A DNA stretch of 64,000 nt from an uncultured archaeon (lineage in GTDB: Archaea > Iainarchaeota > Iainarchaeia > Iainarchaeales > GCA-2688035). Under the pieces are notes generated by a model. That model had not been told where the DNA came from. It saw only the letters and a list, made by a program, of their open reading frames with translations, and did no database searches. Every line of letters begins with the position of its first letter. Position 1 is the first letter of the stretch. The translations under genes were made by a program, and so were the position numbers. Shown in pieces: positions 17,585 through 26,462 of the stretch. The stretch covers positions 32,001 to 96,000 of the forward strand of contig CAYHBD010000016.1 in assembly GCA_964354805.1 (NCBI GenBank), written 5' to 3'.

Positions 17585-19666
17585 CTATTTGGCATATTCT
17601 TGGATTGGCAGCAGAATTGGTTTTGTTACTCCATTCTGGTCTTTGTCTCTTTCCAACAGGTAAAGGTTTGCCGATGCCGCTTTCCGCATCTCATTGTCGT
17701 GCGTTATTACAAAAACCTGGTCAACCAATGCAGGCAGGTGCAATTGCATCATTCTGCTCAAGGTGCCGACAGCATTGCTGTCCAAGTTGTGCGTTGGCTC
17801 GTCCAGAATAAGCCAGCTTAAATTTCTTGTGAGAACCAGGCTGAATGCCATTCTGATGCATATTGCTGCAGCGCTTCTCTCCCCGCCGCTCAGGATTCCT
17901 TCAACCCTGACCCAATTGCCTGTGTTATCCAGTACTTTCAGTTCATAGCTTCCTTCTTCAATGCACATTTTCGCTGTCTTGAAGTCGGCGTAAGGGTAAA
18001 TTTTCTGCCAAATGTTCTGCATTGCCTCATTGATTGTGCTGATTAGCAATTCCCTCAGTTCATTCTGCGCTGCCTGCAGTGCATTGTTGAAGTAACTCAG
18101 CTTCTCAATATTCTGTTCCATTGCGGCAATTTTCTTTTCAAGCGCATGCATTTGCTCTCTTGCCTGCTTTATCTGCTGCAATCTTTTCTGCAGTTCCTTG
18201 ACCAATTCAGCTGCTGATTCAATGCCCTTTTTGCTGCTTTCAATTGCCACATTTTCATCAATCAACAAGCGCCTTTTCTCCCTCAGCAGCTTTTCATCAA
18301 AGCCGATTGCATTCAGCTTTTCAGCAGCCTTTTCCGCTTCCGATTCAAATTGCTTCAATTGCTTTTCCTTTTCTGCAAGCGCCTGCAGCTGTTCACCCAA
18401 ATGCCTTAATTCAATATCTTTTTCGTGCACAGCCTGCAGTTCTTCCCTTGTTTTTTCAGCTGCATTTTCCGCTTTTTCTATTTTTAATGCAATTTCCTCG
18501 AGCTGCTTTTCAGCCTTCTTTTTATCCTCTTCAGCTTTTTTCTGCTCTGTTTTATTCTCTGCAATCAATTGTTCTCTTGTTGTTGTTTCCAGCTTTCTCT
18601 TGCATATAGGGCAGGCAGCAGTAATCCCCTGCAGCTGCTGCTGATGTTCTCCCAGCTCGTCCAGCTTTTTTTCGCTTAATGCAATTGTTTTCTCCGCAGC
18701 GCTTTCTTCTGTGCGCAGGCTTTTTTCCTCCGCTTGCAATTCCTTCAGTTTTTTTTCATTTTCCTCCACTTCCTGCTTTAACCTTTTTTCCTCGTGCTGC
18801 AGTGAGGCAATAGTTTTTCCTTTTGCCTGCTTTGCAGTTTCTTCAACAGTTCTGCCCAGCTCCTCTGCCTTTGTTTTTGCTTTAATCAATTGCTCCCTGC
18901 AAAAACTGCTCTCTTTTTCTTTTCCTTCAAGCGTAGCCACTTCTTTCTGCAATGCCTGCAGTTCCTTTTCTTTCTCCCTGATTTTTTTCTCGGCCAACGC
19001 TGCCTCTTTTTCCTTTTCCTCAATCTTTTTTTGCAGTTGTTGTTCCTCTTCACCGCCCAAAGAAGCCTTTTGTTCCTGCACCAATGCCTTTCTGTCCTTA
19101 ACAATTCCACGCAACCTGTTTGCAACGCTTACTGCATTTGCCCTTACTGTTTCATAGCGCTGCAAATCAAGCAGTTCATCAAAGCGCTGTTTTCTTTCCC
19201 TCGGAGCCAAGCGCAGAAAGAAATCAATCTCGTTCTGCTCGCTGTAAACAGCCCTGCTGAATAAGTTGAAATTTATTTCAATCGCTTTCTCTACTGCAGC
19301 TGTTACATCGCTTGGCTTTGGCCCTGCGATAAGCCTGCCGTCACAGTGCAGTTTTGCCTCGCTGCTGCCCTTTCTCTTAATAGTTCTCTCAACAGCATAC
19401 TTCTTCCCGGCGTAATCAAAATTTAATTCAACAACAGCTTCCTCTGCTTCATTCGGCTTATTTTGAATCACTTCCTGCAAAGCAATCTTCCTGCTCTGCA
19501 GCGCTGGGAATGTTCCGAACAATGCAAAGCATATGCCGTCCATTACGCTCGTTTTCCCGCTGCCCATTTGCCCTACAAGCACGTTTGTGCCCTTGCCGAA
19601 CTCGAAAGTGCTGTCGGCATGTGTTTTCCAGCTGCGCAGCCTAATGCTTTCAATCAAAGAAAACAA
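17585..19666 (-). CDS. rad50: Rad50-like SMC ATPase
   Basis: GQMGSGKTS, Q-loop YSEQ, coiled coils with central CPIC Zn hook, LSGGE, LDEPT. Confidence 0.92.
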   Translation of the reverse strand: MFSLIESIRLRSWKTHADSTFEFGKGTNVLVGQMGSGKTSVMDGICFALFGTFPALQSRKIALQEVIQNKPNEAEEAVVELNFDYAGKKYAVERTIKRKGSSEAKLHCDGRLIAGPKPSDVTAAVEKAIEINFNLFSRAVYSEQNEIDFFLRLAPRERKQRFDELLDLQRYETVRANAVSVANRLRGIVKDRKALVQEQKASLGGEEEQQLQKKIEEKEKEAALAEKKIREKEKELQALQKEVATLEGKEKESSFCREQLIKAKTKAEELGRTVEETAKQAKGKTIASLQHEEKRLKQEVEENEKKLKELQAEEKSLRTEESAAEKTIALSEKKLDELGEHQQQLQGITAACPICKRKLETTTREQLIAENKTEQKKAEEDKKKAEKQLEEIALKIEKAENAAEKTREELQAVHEKDIELRHLGEQLQALAEKEKQLKQFESEAEKAAEKLNAIGFDEKLLREKRRLLIDENVAIESSKKGIESAAELVKELQKRLQQIKQAREQMHALEKKIAAMEQNIEKLSYFNNALQAAQNELRELLISTINEAMQNIWQKIYPYADFKTAKMCIEEGSYELKVLDNTGNWVRVEGILSGGERSAAAICIRMAFSLVLTRNLSWLILDEPTHNLDSNAVGTLSRMMQLHLPALVDQVFVITHDNEMRKAASANLYLLERDKDQNGVTKPILLPIQEYAK

Positions 19667-19691
19667 CTCCTAAAATAATATGCTGGGAGCG

Positions 19692-19727
19692 TTTTTTTAA
19701 AGGATTTGAAATGGCGGGCTTCCGGTG
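19692..19727 (-). promoter_or_regulatory. CACCGGAAGC box plus TATA upstream of rad50
   Basis: Minus strand CACCGGAAGCCCGCCATTTC-AAATCC-TTTAAAA. Confidence 0.5.
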
Positions 19728-19776
19728 CAAAAGCGCTTAAATACTTTCAGTGCGTATTTTATTAAAGGAAAAGTGT

Positions 19777-20235
19777 ATGCCGAGAGGAAAGCGCAGGATT
19801 GTGTCATTGGATGTTTTGAGAAAAAGGCTTCAGCCAGCTGTTTTTGAAAGGGCAATGCAGCTTATAGAGGAACTGCCAAATGCAAGCCACACAGTAATTG
19901 CGCTCAAGATGCGGGGAGAAGGGCACTGGATCATGGCGCGAAGCATTGGTAATTTGAAGCATGCAAGGGGGCTGCCTGCTGGCGCGCAAGCCGAGCTTTC
20001 AATTTCTGAAAGGGTGAAAATGCGTTGGGGAAATCAGCCTATGCCTGAAAGGGTTGCCATGTGGAATAAATTGCTTGAAGCAAAGAAGGGCATGCGAAAA
20101 GCGCTTTCGAATGCAAATGAAGATGATGTGCAGAGGCTTAGCGCTAGATTGGAAGAAATGCAGGCGGTCATTAATGCAATGAAATATCTGGTGCCTAAAA
20201 CCGAAAGGCAAAAAGAAAGCAATATGCAGCAATAA
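19777..20235 (+). CDS. Hypothetical basic protein
   Basis: Starts MPRGKRR, TTAAATA upstream. Confidence 0.65.
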   Translation: MPRGKRRIVSLDVLRKRLQPAVFERAMQLIEELPNASHTVIALKMRGEGHWIMARSIGNLKHARGLPAGAQAELSISERVKMRWGNQPMPERVAMWNKLLEAKKGMRKALSNANEDDVQRLSARLEEMQAVINAMKYLVPKTERQKESNMQQ

Positions 20236-20248
20236 AAACTATGCCGCT

Positions 20249-20509
20249 TTACAGCAGTGTCATTTCCCGCATTTCCGCTTCTTCCACTTCTTTCAGGGAA
20301 TTCAGTTCTTTTGTTAAGCGTTCAACAGCAGTGTCATCCTTTTCAGGCACAGTGAAGGCGGCTTTAATTATTTCAACCCCGAAGCCGATTGGAATGCGCT
20401 TTGCGTCCCTGAATTCGCCGCTTTTGGCTTTCTTTATTGCTTCAATTGTTGCATCCAGCTTGCGCATGTCTGCTGCCTTAATCTGGTAAATTAAAACAGT
20501 TTTGCCCAT
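20249..20509 (-). CDS. ef1b: Translation elongation factor aEF-1beta
   Basis: 86 aa, PIGFGV motif, downstream of the Zn-ribbon gene as in many archaea. Confidence 0.9.
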   Translation of the reverse strand: MGKTVLIYQIKAADMRKLDATIEAIKKAKSGEFRDAKRIPIGFGVEIIKAAFTVPEKDDTAVERLTKELNSLKEVEEAEMREMTLL

Positions 20510-20540
20510 AGCCCTTGCGCTCCAAAATCAGCCATTGGAT

Positions 20541-20693
20541 TTACGGCCCTGTGAAACCGCATTCCTCGCACTTGTACGTTTTTGCCGTCTGCCTGCACTG
20601 CTGGCATCTCACAATAGCGCTTTTGCCGCATGCAGGGCACCTGAATTCAACAAAGTCCTGTGTTTCCCTGTTGCATGTAGTGCATACTTTCAT
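20541..20693 (-). CDS. Double Zn-ribbon protein (DUF1610/HVO_2753-like), 50 aa
   Basis: MKVCTTC...FRCPACG...RCQQCR...YKCEECGFTGP; read by hand, below the ORF-track cutoff. Confidence 0.92.
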   Translation of the reverse strand: MKVCTTCNRETQDFVEFRCPACGKSAIVRCQQCRQTAKTYKCEECGFTGP

Positions 20694-20774
20694 TCTAAAT
20701 CAGCTCAAAAAAAGAATTTCAAATTTCCAGCTTTAAAATAAATTGGCTGGTTTACGGTTTAAAAAGGCTACTGT

Positions 20775-21335
20775 TTATTTTTTCCTTGGATTTTTACTTA
20801 TCTTCTCATGTCTTCTCACGATATCTGCTTGAAGTCTTGCCAGATTAGGCTGCTCGGTTCCCAAAAGCGCGGCAATTAGCGAGGCATAATAAATAGTTCC
20901 GCTAAATGGAATTCTTTTTGCTTTTAATTCAAACTTAACCCCCACTTCAAGTTCAGTAAACCTTGGGTTTGTTTCAAGCCCCGGGCAGTATTTTAAAAAA
21001 GTTTTCTCCGGGTCAAAACCCTTTATATTGCAAGCATCCCTATAAAATTTCAGTTTTAATGCATTTCCGGCTCTTCGTTCACGGTCTGCTGCCTTTTGTC
21101 TCTCCTCTGCTGTTTCCGCTTGCCTTCGCCTTAATTCTGCTTCCAGCATTGCATCTGTTCGCCTTTTTTTACTTTCCGCCGGAGTCTCCGCAGGCTGCTT
21201 GACAACTTTTTTTTCAGCACGCCGTGCCATCAATCTTTGCCACCAGCTCGGCTCTTTTGCTTGCTTTGGCACAACAAACGGTTTTCTTAGTGGGCCTGCT
21301 CTGCCCCTTGGTTTGCCAGCAGGTGATAAAGCCAT
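20775..21335 (-). CDS. Hypothetical basic protein
   Basis: 186 aa; P/R/K-rich N-terminus; AGGT RBS upstream. Confidence 0.65.
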   Translation of the reverse strand: MALSPAGKPRGRAGPLRKPFVVPKQAKEPSWWQRLMARRAEKKVVKQPAETPAESKKRRTDAMLEAELRRRQAETAEERQKAADRERRAGNALKLKFYRDACNIKGFDPEKTFLKYCPGLETNPRFTELEVGVKFELKAKRIPFSGTIYYASLIAALLGTEQPNLARLQADIVRRHEKISKNPRKK

Positions 21336-21397
21336 AACTACCTAACAATTTTATGTTTGGCTTCTTTTTAAACCTTTTCCGCAACACTATTTCTTTT

Positions 21398-21473
21398 GGA
21401 CCCGTAGCCTAGTCTGGATATGGGCACTCGGCTTCGGACCGAGAGGTCGGGGGTTCGAATCCCTCCGGGTCCG
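21398..21473 (+). tRNA. tRNA-Arg(UCG), intronless, CCA not encoded
   Basis: GGACCCG/CGGGTCC acceptor; CTCGG-CT-TCG-GA-CCGAG anticodon arm; GGTTCGAATCC T-arm. Confidence 0.96.
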
Positions 21474-21474
21474 C

Positions 21475-21555
21475 TACAGCTTTCTTTTTTCTAAAAAGAA
21501 AGCTGTATCAAAGAAAAAGTGGATTCGCCGAGAAAAGTTGTATCAAAAGAAAAAA
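21475..21555 (+). repeat. Family-2 hairpin repeat (one full and one partial copy), possible terminator
   Basis: TACAGCTTTCTTTTT-TCT-AAAAAGAAAGCTGTA-TCAAAGAAAA, then AAAAGTTGTATCAAAAGAAAA. Confidence 0.7.
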
Positions 21556-21573
21556 CATTTTCTGTGATATTTA

Positions 21574-21990
21574 ATGAAACTTGTAAGCGCTTGCCTGGCT
21601 GGATTCAACACATACTATGATGGCAGCAATAAGGCAGACAGGAAAGTGATTGAATTGGTTAAGGCAGGGAAAGCGATAGTTGTCTGCCCTGAGCAGCTTG
21701 CAGGGTTTTCAACCCCGAGAGAGAAAATGGAAATCAAGGGCTGCAGGGTTTTCACTGAAAGCGGAAAAGATGTTACCGAGCAAGTGCGGAAGGGAGCGCA
21801 GGAAGTTCTGCGAATAGCAAAATTGTTCGGTGTAAAGGAGGCGATTTTGAAGAGCAAGAGCCCGAGCTGTGGGAAAGGAAAAGTGTATGATGGAACTTTT
21901 TCCGGCAAGCTTGTGAAGGGAAACGGAATTACAGCAGAGCTTTTAATGAAGAATGGAATTAAGGTTTTGAGTGAAGAGGGATTGAAATGA
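21574..21990 (+). CDS. DUF523 (2-thiouracil desulfurase-like) family protein
   Basis: LVSACLAG..YDG, VCPEQLAG..TPRE, LKSKSPSCG, GNGITA. Confidence 0.92.
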   Translation: MKLVSACLAGFNTYYDGSNKADRKVIELVKAGKAIVVCPEQLAGFSTPREKMEIKGCRVFTESGKDVTEQVRKGAQEVLRIAKLFGVKEAILKSKSPSCGKGKVYDGTFSGKLVKGNGITAELLMKNGIKVLSEEGLK

Positions 21991-22712
21991 AAAACCCCAT
22001 TTGCATCTCAACAGGCTCTCTTTACAGGCTTTTTAATGATAGAAATAAAGTTATTGGCAAAATAAAGCAATTTTCGCCTCAGGGGATAGAATTGTTTTTT
22101 GATTGCCCGGAATCCCTTTTTAACTTTGAGTTAAGCAAAGAAAACCTAAATTATTTGCAGAAATTGCAATTCAATTCCATTCATGCGCCGTGGAAAAACG
22201 TTAACTATGGGGAGAATGCAGTGTCCGATTGCGTGTTGGAGGCAGTGCAAAAGCTATGTACACTGGTTGGGGCAAAGAATGTTGTTTTTCATCCAACAGG
22301 GCAGGGAATGGATTTTGGGGCATTAAATAATTACAATTTCGTGGCGTCAATTGAAAACCTGGATTGGAGGAGGGACAGCGGCAAAGCTGTTAAACAAATT
22401 GAAGCAATATTGAAAGAAAATGAATGGCTCAAATTTACTTTTGATTTTGCCCATGCGCTCACTGTTTCGCCGAATGATATTCCCTTGTATATTAGTAAAT
22501 TCAAAGATAAATTGGTTGAAATCCACCTCGCAATGTTGAATAGAGAGCTCAGAAACCATTGGTTTTTGCACAAATTTGACAACCCAAAGATGAGGGAGCT
22601 ATTGGACTATATTAAGGGCGTGAATGTTCCAATTGTTTTAGAATGCGTGGCTTCCAATGAGGGGGAAATCCAGCTCATTGAAAAGGAGATTGAATATGTA
22701 AAGAAAATTTAA
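21987..22712 (+). CDS. Xylose-isomerase/AP-endonuclease-2-like TIM barrel protein
   Basis: SIHAP, VVFHP, IENL, FDFAHA, EIHL, VLE metal-ligand motifs. Confidence 0.85.
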   Translation: MKNPICISTGSLYRLFNDRNKVIGKIKQFSPQGIELFFDCPESLFNFELSKENLNYLQKLQFNSIHAPWKNVNYGENAVSDCVLEAVQKLCTLVGAKNVVFHPTGQGMDFGALNNYNFVASIENLDWRRDSGKAVKQIEAILKENEWLKFTFDFAHALTVSPNDIPLYISKFKDKLVEIHLAMLNRELRNHWFLHKFDNPKMRELLDYIKGVNVPIVLECVASNEGEIQLIEKEIEYVKKI

Positions 22713-22758
22713 TTGATTGCTTTAAGGTAAAGCCAAGGGATTGATTGAGGGGATTGAA

Positions 22759-23334
22759 ATGAAGGCAGGAAAAGTTGTTGAAAGGTTTTCTGTTAAAGAC
22801 AAAAATGGCAAAGTGCTGCAAGTTTTGTTTCGTTTTCCAAAAATGAATGATGCGAAGGAGGCAGCGCGTTTCATCAACAAAGCGAGGGATGAAGCGCTTT
22901 TTTTGGGAATGAGAGAGCATGAGAACCTAAAATCTGAGCGAAAGTTTTTATTTGAGCAAATCAAAAACATGCGCCAGAGGAAAGGACTTTTCTTGTTTGT
23001 TATAATAGATGCCAAAATTGTTGGCGATGCAACAATTTTGCCTCATCCTTTTGATGCTACCCCAGCCGTTGGCGAATTTGGAATCATTTTGCTGGAACAA
23101 TTCACTGAATTAGGCATTGGCTCCAAGCTGGTGCGTAAAATGATTGAATTAGCGAAAAAGAAAACGAGGTTCAAAATTATTCAGTCAGCCTATTTTGCGC
23201 CAAATAAAAGAAGCAAAAGGCTGCATGTGAAATTCGGTTTCAAGCGCTACGGCAGGCTGCCAAAGGGATGCAAATTGAAAGATGGTAAATATTGTGACCA
23301 CATGTTCGTGTATAAGGTAATTAAAAAGCTGTAA
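22759..23334 (+). CDS. GNAT family acetyltransferase
   Basis: LGIGSKL motif A; NKRSKRLHVKFGF motif B. Confidence 0.88.
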   Translation: MKAGKVVERFSVKDKNGKVLQVLFRFPKMNDAKEAARFINKARDEALFLGMREHENLKSERKFLFEQIKNMRQRKGLFLFVIIDAKIVGDATILPHPFDATPAVGEFGIILLEQFTELGIGSKLVRKMIELAKKKTRFKIIQSAYFAPNKRSKRLHVKFGFKRYGRLPKGCKLKDGKYCDHMFVYKVIKKL

Positions 23335-23335
23335 T

Positions 23336-24730
23336 TCACAAAAATTCCTCTTCTCCTTTTAAGTAGGTTGTCAAGAATTCCGCGAACAGCTTGTTCTGCT
23401 TGAATAATTCAATCAGGTTCTTTTCCTCCAATATGCGGCATTCTTTGTTGATTGCTTTTCGCAGAATTTTTTTTTCAACCCTCTTCTCTTTTTTCAGGAA
23501 GAGGTGCAAGAACTGTTCAATTTGCGGGTATTTTCTCTGTTCTTCAATTATCCACCTGCCGTGCTCTATTCTCGGCCCTGCAATTATTTTTTTGTGCGCC
23601 TGCAGAAATGCTTTGCTGTTTTGCTCATCTGTTACAAATGGCCCTTGTTTCACATGGCTTCTCTGCAGCACCCTGCTCTCCACTTCAAAAACCATTACAA
23701 TTGTTTTTCTTTCGTCAGTCCATGCCTCGCTCCTGATTACTTTGAATTCGTTCAATGCAAGCTGTGTTTCCAGTTTTCTCGCCAATCTTTGAATCTGGCC
23801 CCAGACAATGTCTGGCAGCGCGCCTTTTGGATAGCCGAGCTTTACTGCAACCAGCTCTTTTTTCTGCAGCATTTGCCTGAGCTTTGTTACGCTCCAAGGC
23901 CTTTCCTTTTTTCCGAAAAAGAATGCTTCGCTTGGATTTTGCAGGAATGCCCTTGCAGCTGCAACAATTCTGCTGAATTGGTTCAGGGAAAGAGCAGCGG
24001 CAACATTCCTGTTTCTGTCCACTGGGTCAACAATAATCAGTGGAGCGCCGGCAAATTTCTTCCTTGCTTCCTGTTCAGGCCAATATTTTTCTAAATCAAT
24101 TACCTGCCCTTGGCCCCATTTGCTTATTCTCTTAATTGTGTCCAGAAAGCTGCCGTAATGCAGGACAAGCAGTTCAACAACATAGCCTGGAACGCTGCTT
24201 GCCTTAATGTCAGCCCCATAAGCCTTTATTCCTTTCAAGAACTGCCTGAGCAGCCTTATTTCCTGCCTGTGCTTTTCATTCAATCTTTTTTTCAAAAACT
24301 CATTGTGGAACGGGCTACGGTCAACCGCGCTTATCAGCAATTCCGCTTTGCTTACCTTATAAGAGGGAACTATTTCAACATCAAACCCTTGGATAACGCC
24401 CCTGATGTAAGGGTGCTCTGAGAATGCTTTCTCCCATTGCATTCCCCTGAAAATATTTTTTCCAATGCGCAAGCCTTCTTTTTCAAACTCTTTTCTCTCC
24501 ATTTTTTCAGGGAATAACACGAATATGTCTAAATCATTGTCTCCCCTTAAATGCGTGTCTCTTGCAATTGAGCCGCAGAGCATTACATCAATGTGCTTTC
24601 CCTCCATCTGCTTTATCTGCCTGATTAACCGCTCAGCCAGCTGTTTCTCGCGCTTTTTTTCATCAGCTGTCGGGTTTACCACTTGCAGAACGTTTTTAAG
24701 CAATTTCTGTGCCTGCATGCCATCAACCAA
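23336..24730 (-). CDS. cca: Class I CCA-adding tRNA nucleotidyltransferase
   Basis: GSIARDTHLRGDNDLDIF, SEHPY, VDRSPFH, DPVDRNRNVAAA. Confidence 0.96.
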   Translation of the reverse strand: MVDGMQAQKLLKNVLQVVNPTADEKKREKQLAERLIRQIKQMEGKHIDVMLCGSIARDTHLRGDNDLDIFVLFPEKMERKEFEKEGLRIGKNIFRGMQWEKAFSEHPYIRGVIQGFDVEIVPSYKVSKAELLISAVDRSPFHNEFLKKRLNEKHRQEIRLLRQFLKGIKAYGADIKASSVPGYVVELLVLHYGSFLDTIKRISKWGQGQVIDLEKYWPEQEARKKFAGAPLIIVDPVDRNRNVAAALSLNQFSRIVAAARAFLQNPSEAFFFGKKERPWSVTKLRQMLQKKELVAVKLGYPKGALPDIVWGQIQRLARKLETQLALNEFKVIRSEAWTDERKTIVMVFEVESRVLQRSHVKQGPFVTDEQNSKAFLQAHKKIIAGPRIEHGRWIIEEQRKYPQIEQFLHLFLKKEKRVEKKILRKAINKECRILEEKNLIELFKQNKLFAEFLTTYLKGEEEFL

Positions 24731-24811
24731 TTATTTTCATTACTAATTATTATTATATATAAATTCATGTTTTATATAATAGCGTTGTAATATTATTTTT
24801 GGGGTAATGCC

Positions 24812-26359
24812 GTGCCGGAAAAAGAATTGCAGGGGAAACTGCTGCAAAGCAGTGCAACCAAAAGAATCGTTGAGCAATTCCCTTACAACACTTACGAAAT
24901 TGTGATATCACGCTTTTCGGAAAAAGAACTGCGCCTGGCAAAACTTTTCATTGGCACAATTCTGCGCAACACAAGCATCAATGTCCTTGCTTTGGAGCTG
25001 CCTAACAAAAAGGATTTGATTGAGCAATTCAGAAGCAATGTAATCCAGCTGATTGATGTTAACGAGCTTGTGGCAAAGCTGCCATCGCAGCAGTTGTTTG
25101 AAAAAGTGCTTGCGAATTTTCTGCCGATTGCTGAAAAGATTGGTGTAAGCAACCCAAAGCAATTCGCGTCATATGTGTTGAACCACAGCATCGGCTACAG
25201 GGAATTAAGCGAGCTAATGGTTGATGAAGACCTTGAGGAAATAATGGTTAACGGGTTCAACAGGAGCGTTTTTGTCACCCACAGGCGCTTTGGGAACTGC
25301 AAAACAAGCCTGATTGCGGAGGAAAGGGGCTTTGTTTCGCAGTTGATTAACAGAGTTGCTACAACAGTTGGAAAGCAATTCAATGAATCGCACCCATTGC
25401 TTGATGCAAGGCTGCCTGACGGAAGCAGAGCAAATGCAACCTTCAGCTACGCTACTCCCTTTGGCCACACGCTTACAATAAGGAAATTTACGCGCATTCC
25501 CCTCTCAATAATCAATTTGATTGAGAGCGGGACAATTTCAAGCGGATTGGCTGCTTTCTTGTGGTGCATGGTTGAAGGCTTTGGAATCTATCCGATGAAT
25601 ATGATTATAACCGGCGGCGCAGGCAGCGGAAAAACAACCTTCATGAACATCCTTGCTTCTTTCATTCCGTTCAAGGAGAGAATTCTTTCAATCGAGGACA
25701 CTGTCGAGCTTGATTTGGGGCAGAGAGAGAACTGGATTCAGATGGAGTCAAAGCCCGCTCTCAGGGATTTGCTGCCAATAAGCATGGATGACCTGTTGAA
25801 AAACAGCCTGAGGATGAGGCCAGACAGGTTGCTGGTTGGAGAGGTGAGGGGTGAGGAAGCGCAAACTCTTTTTGTTGCAATGGACACTGGGCACAGGGGC
25901 ATTCTTGGAACACTGCACAGCAATACTGCAAGGGAAATGATGCTGCGCTTGAAGAGCCCTCCAATGAGTGTTGCAGAGCAGATGCTGCCCTTGCTTGATT
26001 TGGTTGTGGTAATGCAGAGAAGCTTTGAGAAAGACAAGGGCATTGTCAGGAGAATAAAGCAGGTTGCGGAAATCGGCAGAATGGAGGAAAAAGTTTTGCT
26101 GAGCAATTTGTTTGAATACAAGGAGAAAGAGGATAGCATTGAGAGAACAGACGTCCCAAGCCATGTAATTGAAACCCTTGCTGAAAGGTGCGGAATGAAA
26201 AAACCAGAGCTGAACCGGGAGATTGCCGTAAGGCAGCGCATCCTCGAATGGATGCAAGAGCAGGGAATCACCGCTGGAAAAGACGTTGAAACAGTAATCC
26301 AGCACTACTACTTCAATCCGACAGCAGTTCTGCAAAAAATTGCCGGCGAACAACGATAA
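24812..26359 (+). CDS. CpaF/VirB11-type pilus assembly ATPase
   Basis: LDARLPDGSRANA, GGAGSGKTT, IEDTVEL, LRMRPDRLLVGEVRG, TGH. Confidence 0.95.
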   Translation: MPEKELQGKLLQSSATKRIVEQFPYNTYEIVISRFSEKELRLAKLFIGTILRNTSINVLALELPNKKDLIEQFRSNVIQLIDVNELVAKLPSQQLFEKVLANFLPIAEKIGVSNPKQFASYVLNHSIGYRELSELMVDEDLEEIMVNGFNRSVFVTHRRFGNCKTSLIAEERGFVSQLINRVATTVGKQFNESHPLLDARLPDGSRANATFSYATPFGHTLTIRKFTRIPLSIINLIESGTISSGLAAFLWCMVEGFGIYPMNMIITGGAGSGKTTFMNILASFIPFKERILSIEDTVELDLGQRENWIQMESKPALRDLLPISMDDLLKNSLRMRPDRLLVGEVRGEEAQTLFVAMDTGHRGILGTLHSNTAREMMLRLKSPPMSVAEQMLPLLDLVVVMQRSFEKDKGIVRRIKQVAEIGRMEEKVLLSNLFEYKEKEDSIERTDVPSHVIETLAERCGMKKPELNREIAVRQRILEWMQEQGITAGKDVETVIQHYYFNPTAVLQKIAGEQR

Positions 26360-26462
26360 GGCTGTTCAAATTGGTTTTAATTCAGCGATTGAATTCAGTC
26401 CATTTTTTTTGAATTCGGTTAAATTTTTATTCAAGAAAGCCCTCTATTCTAATTGTTTAAAA

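Noticed and set aside
21398-23334. Integrative element at tRNA-Arg
   Set aside because: No integrase and no convincing duplicated tRNA 3' end (att site).
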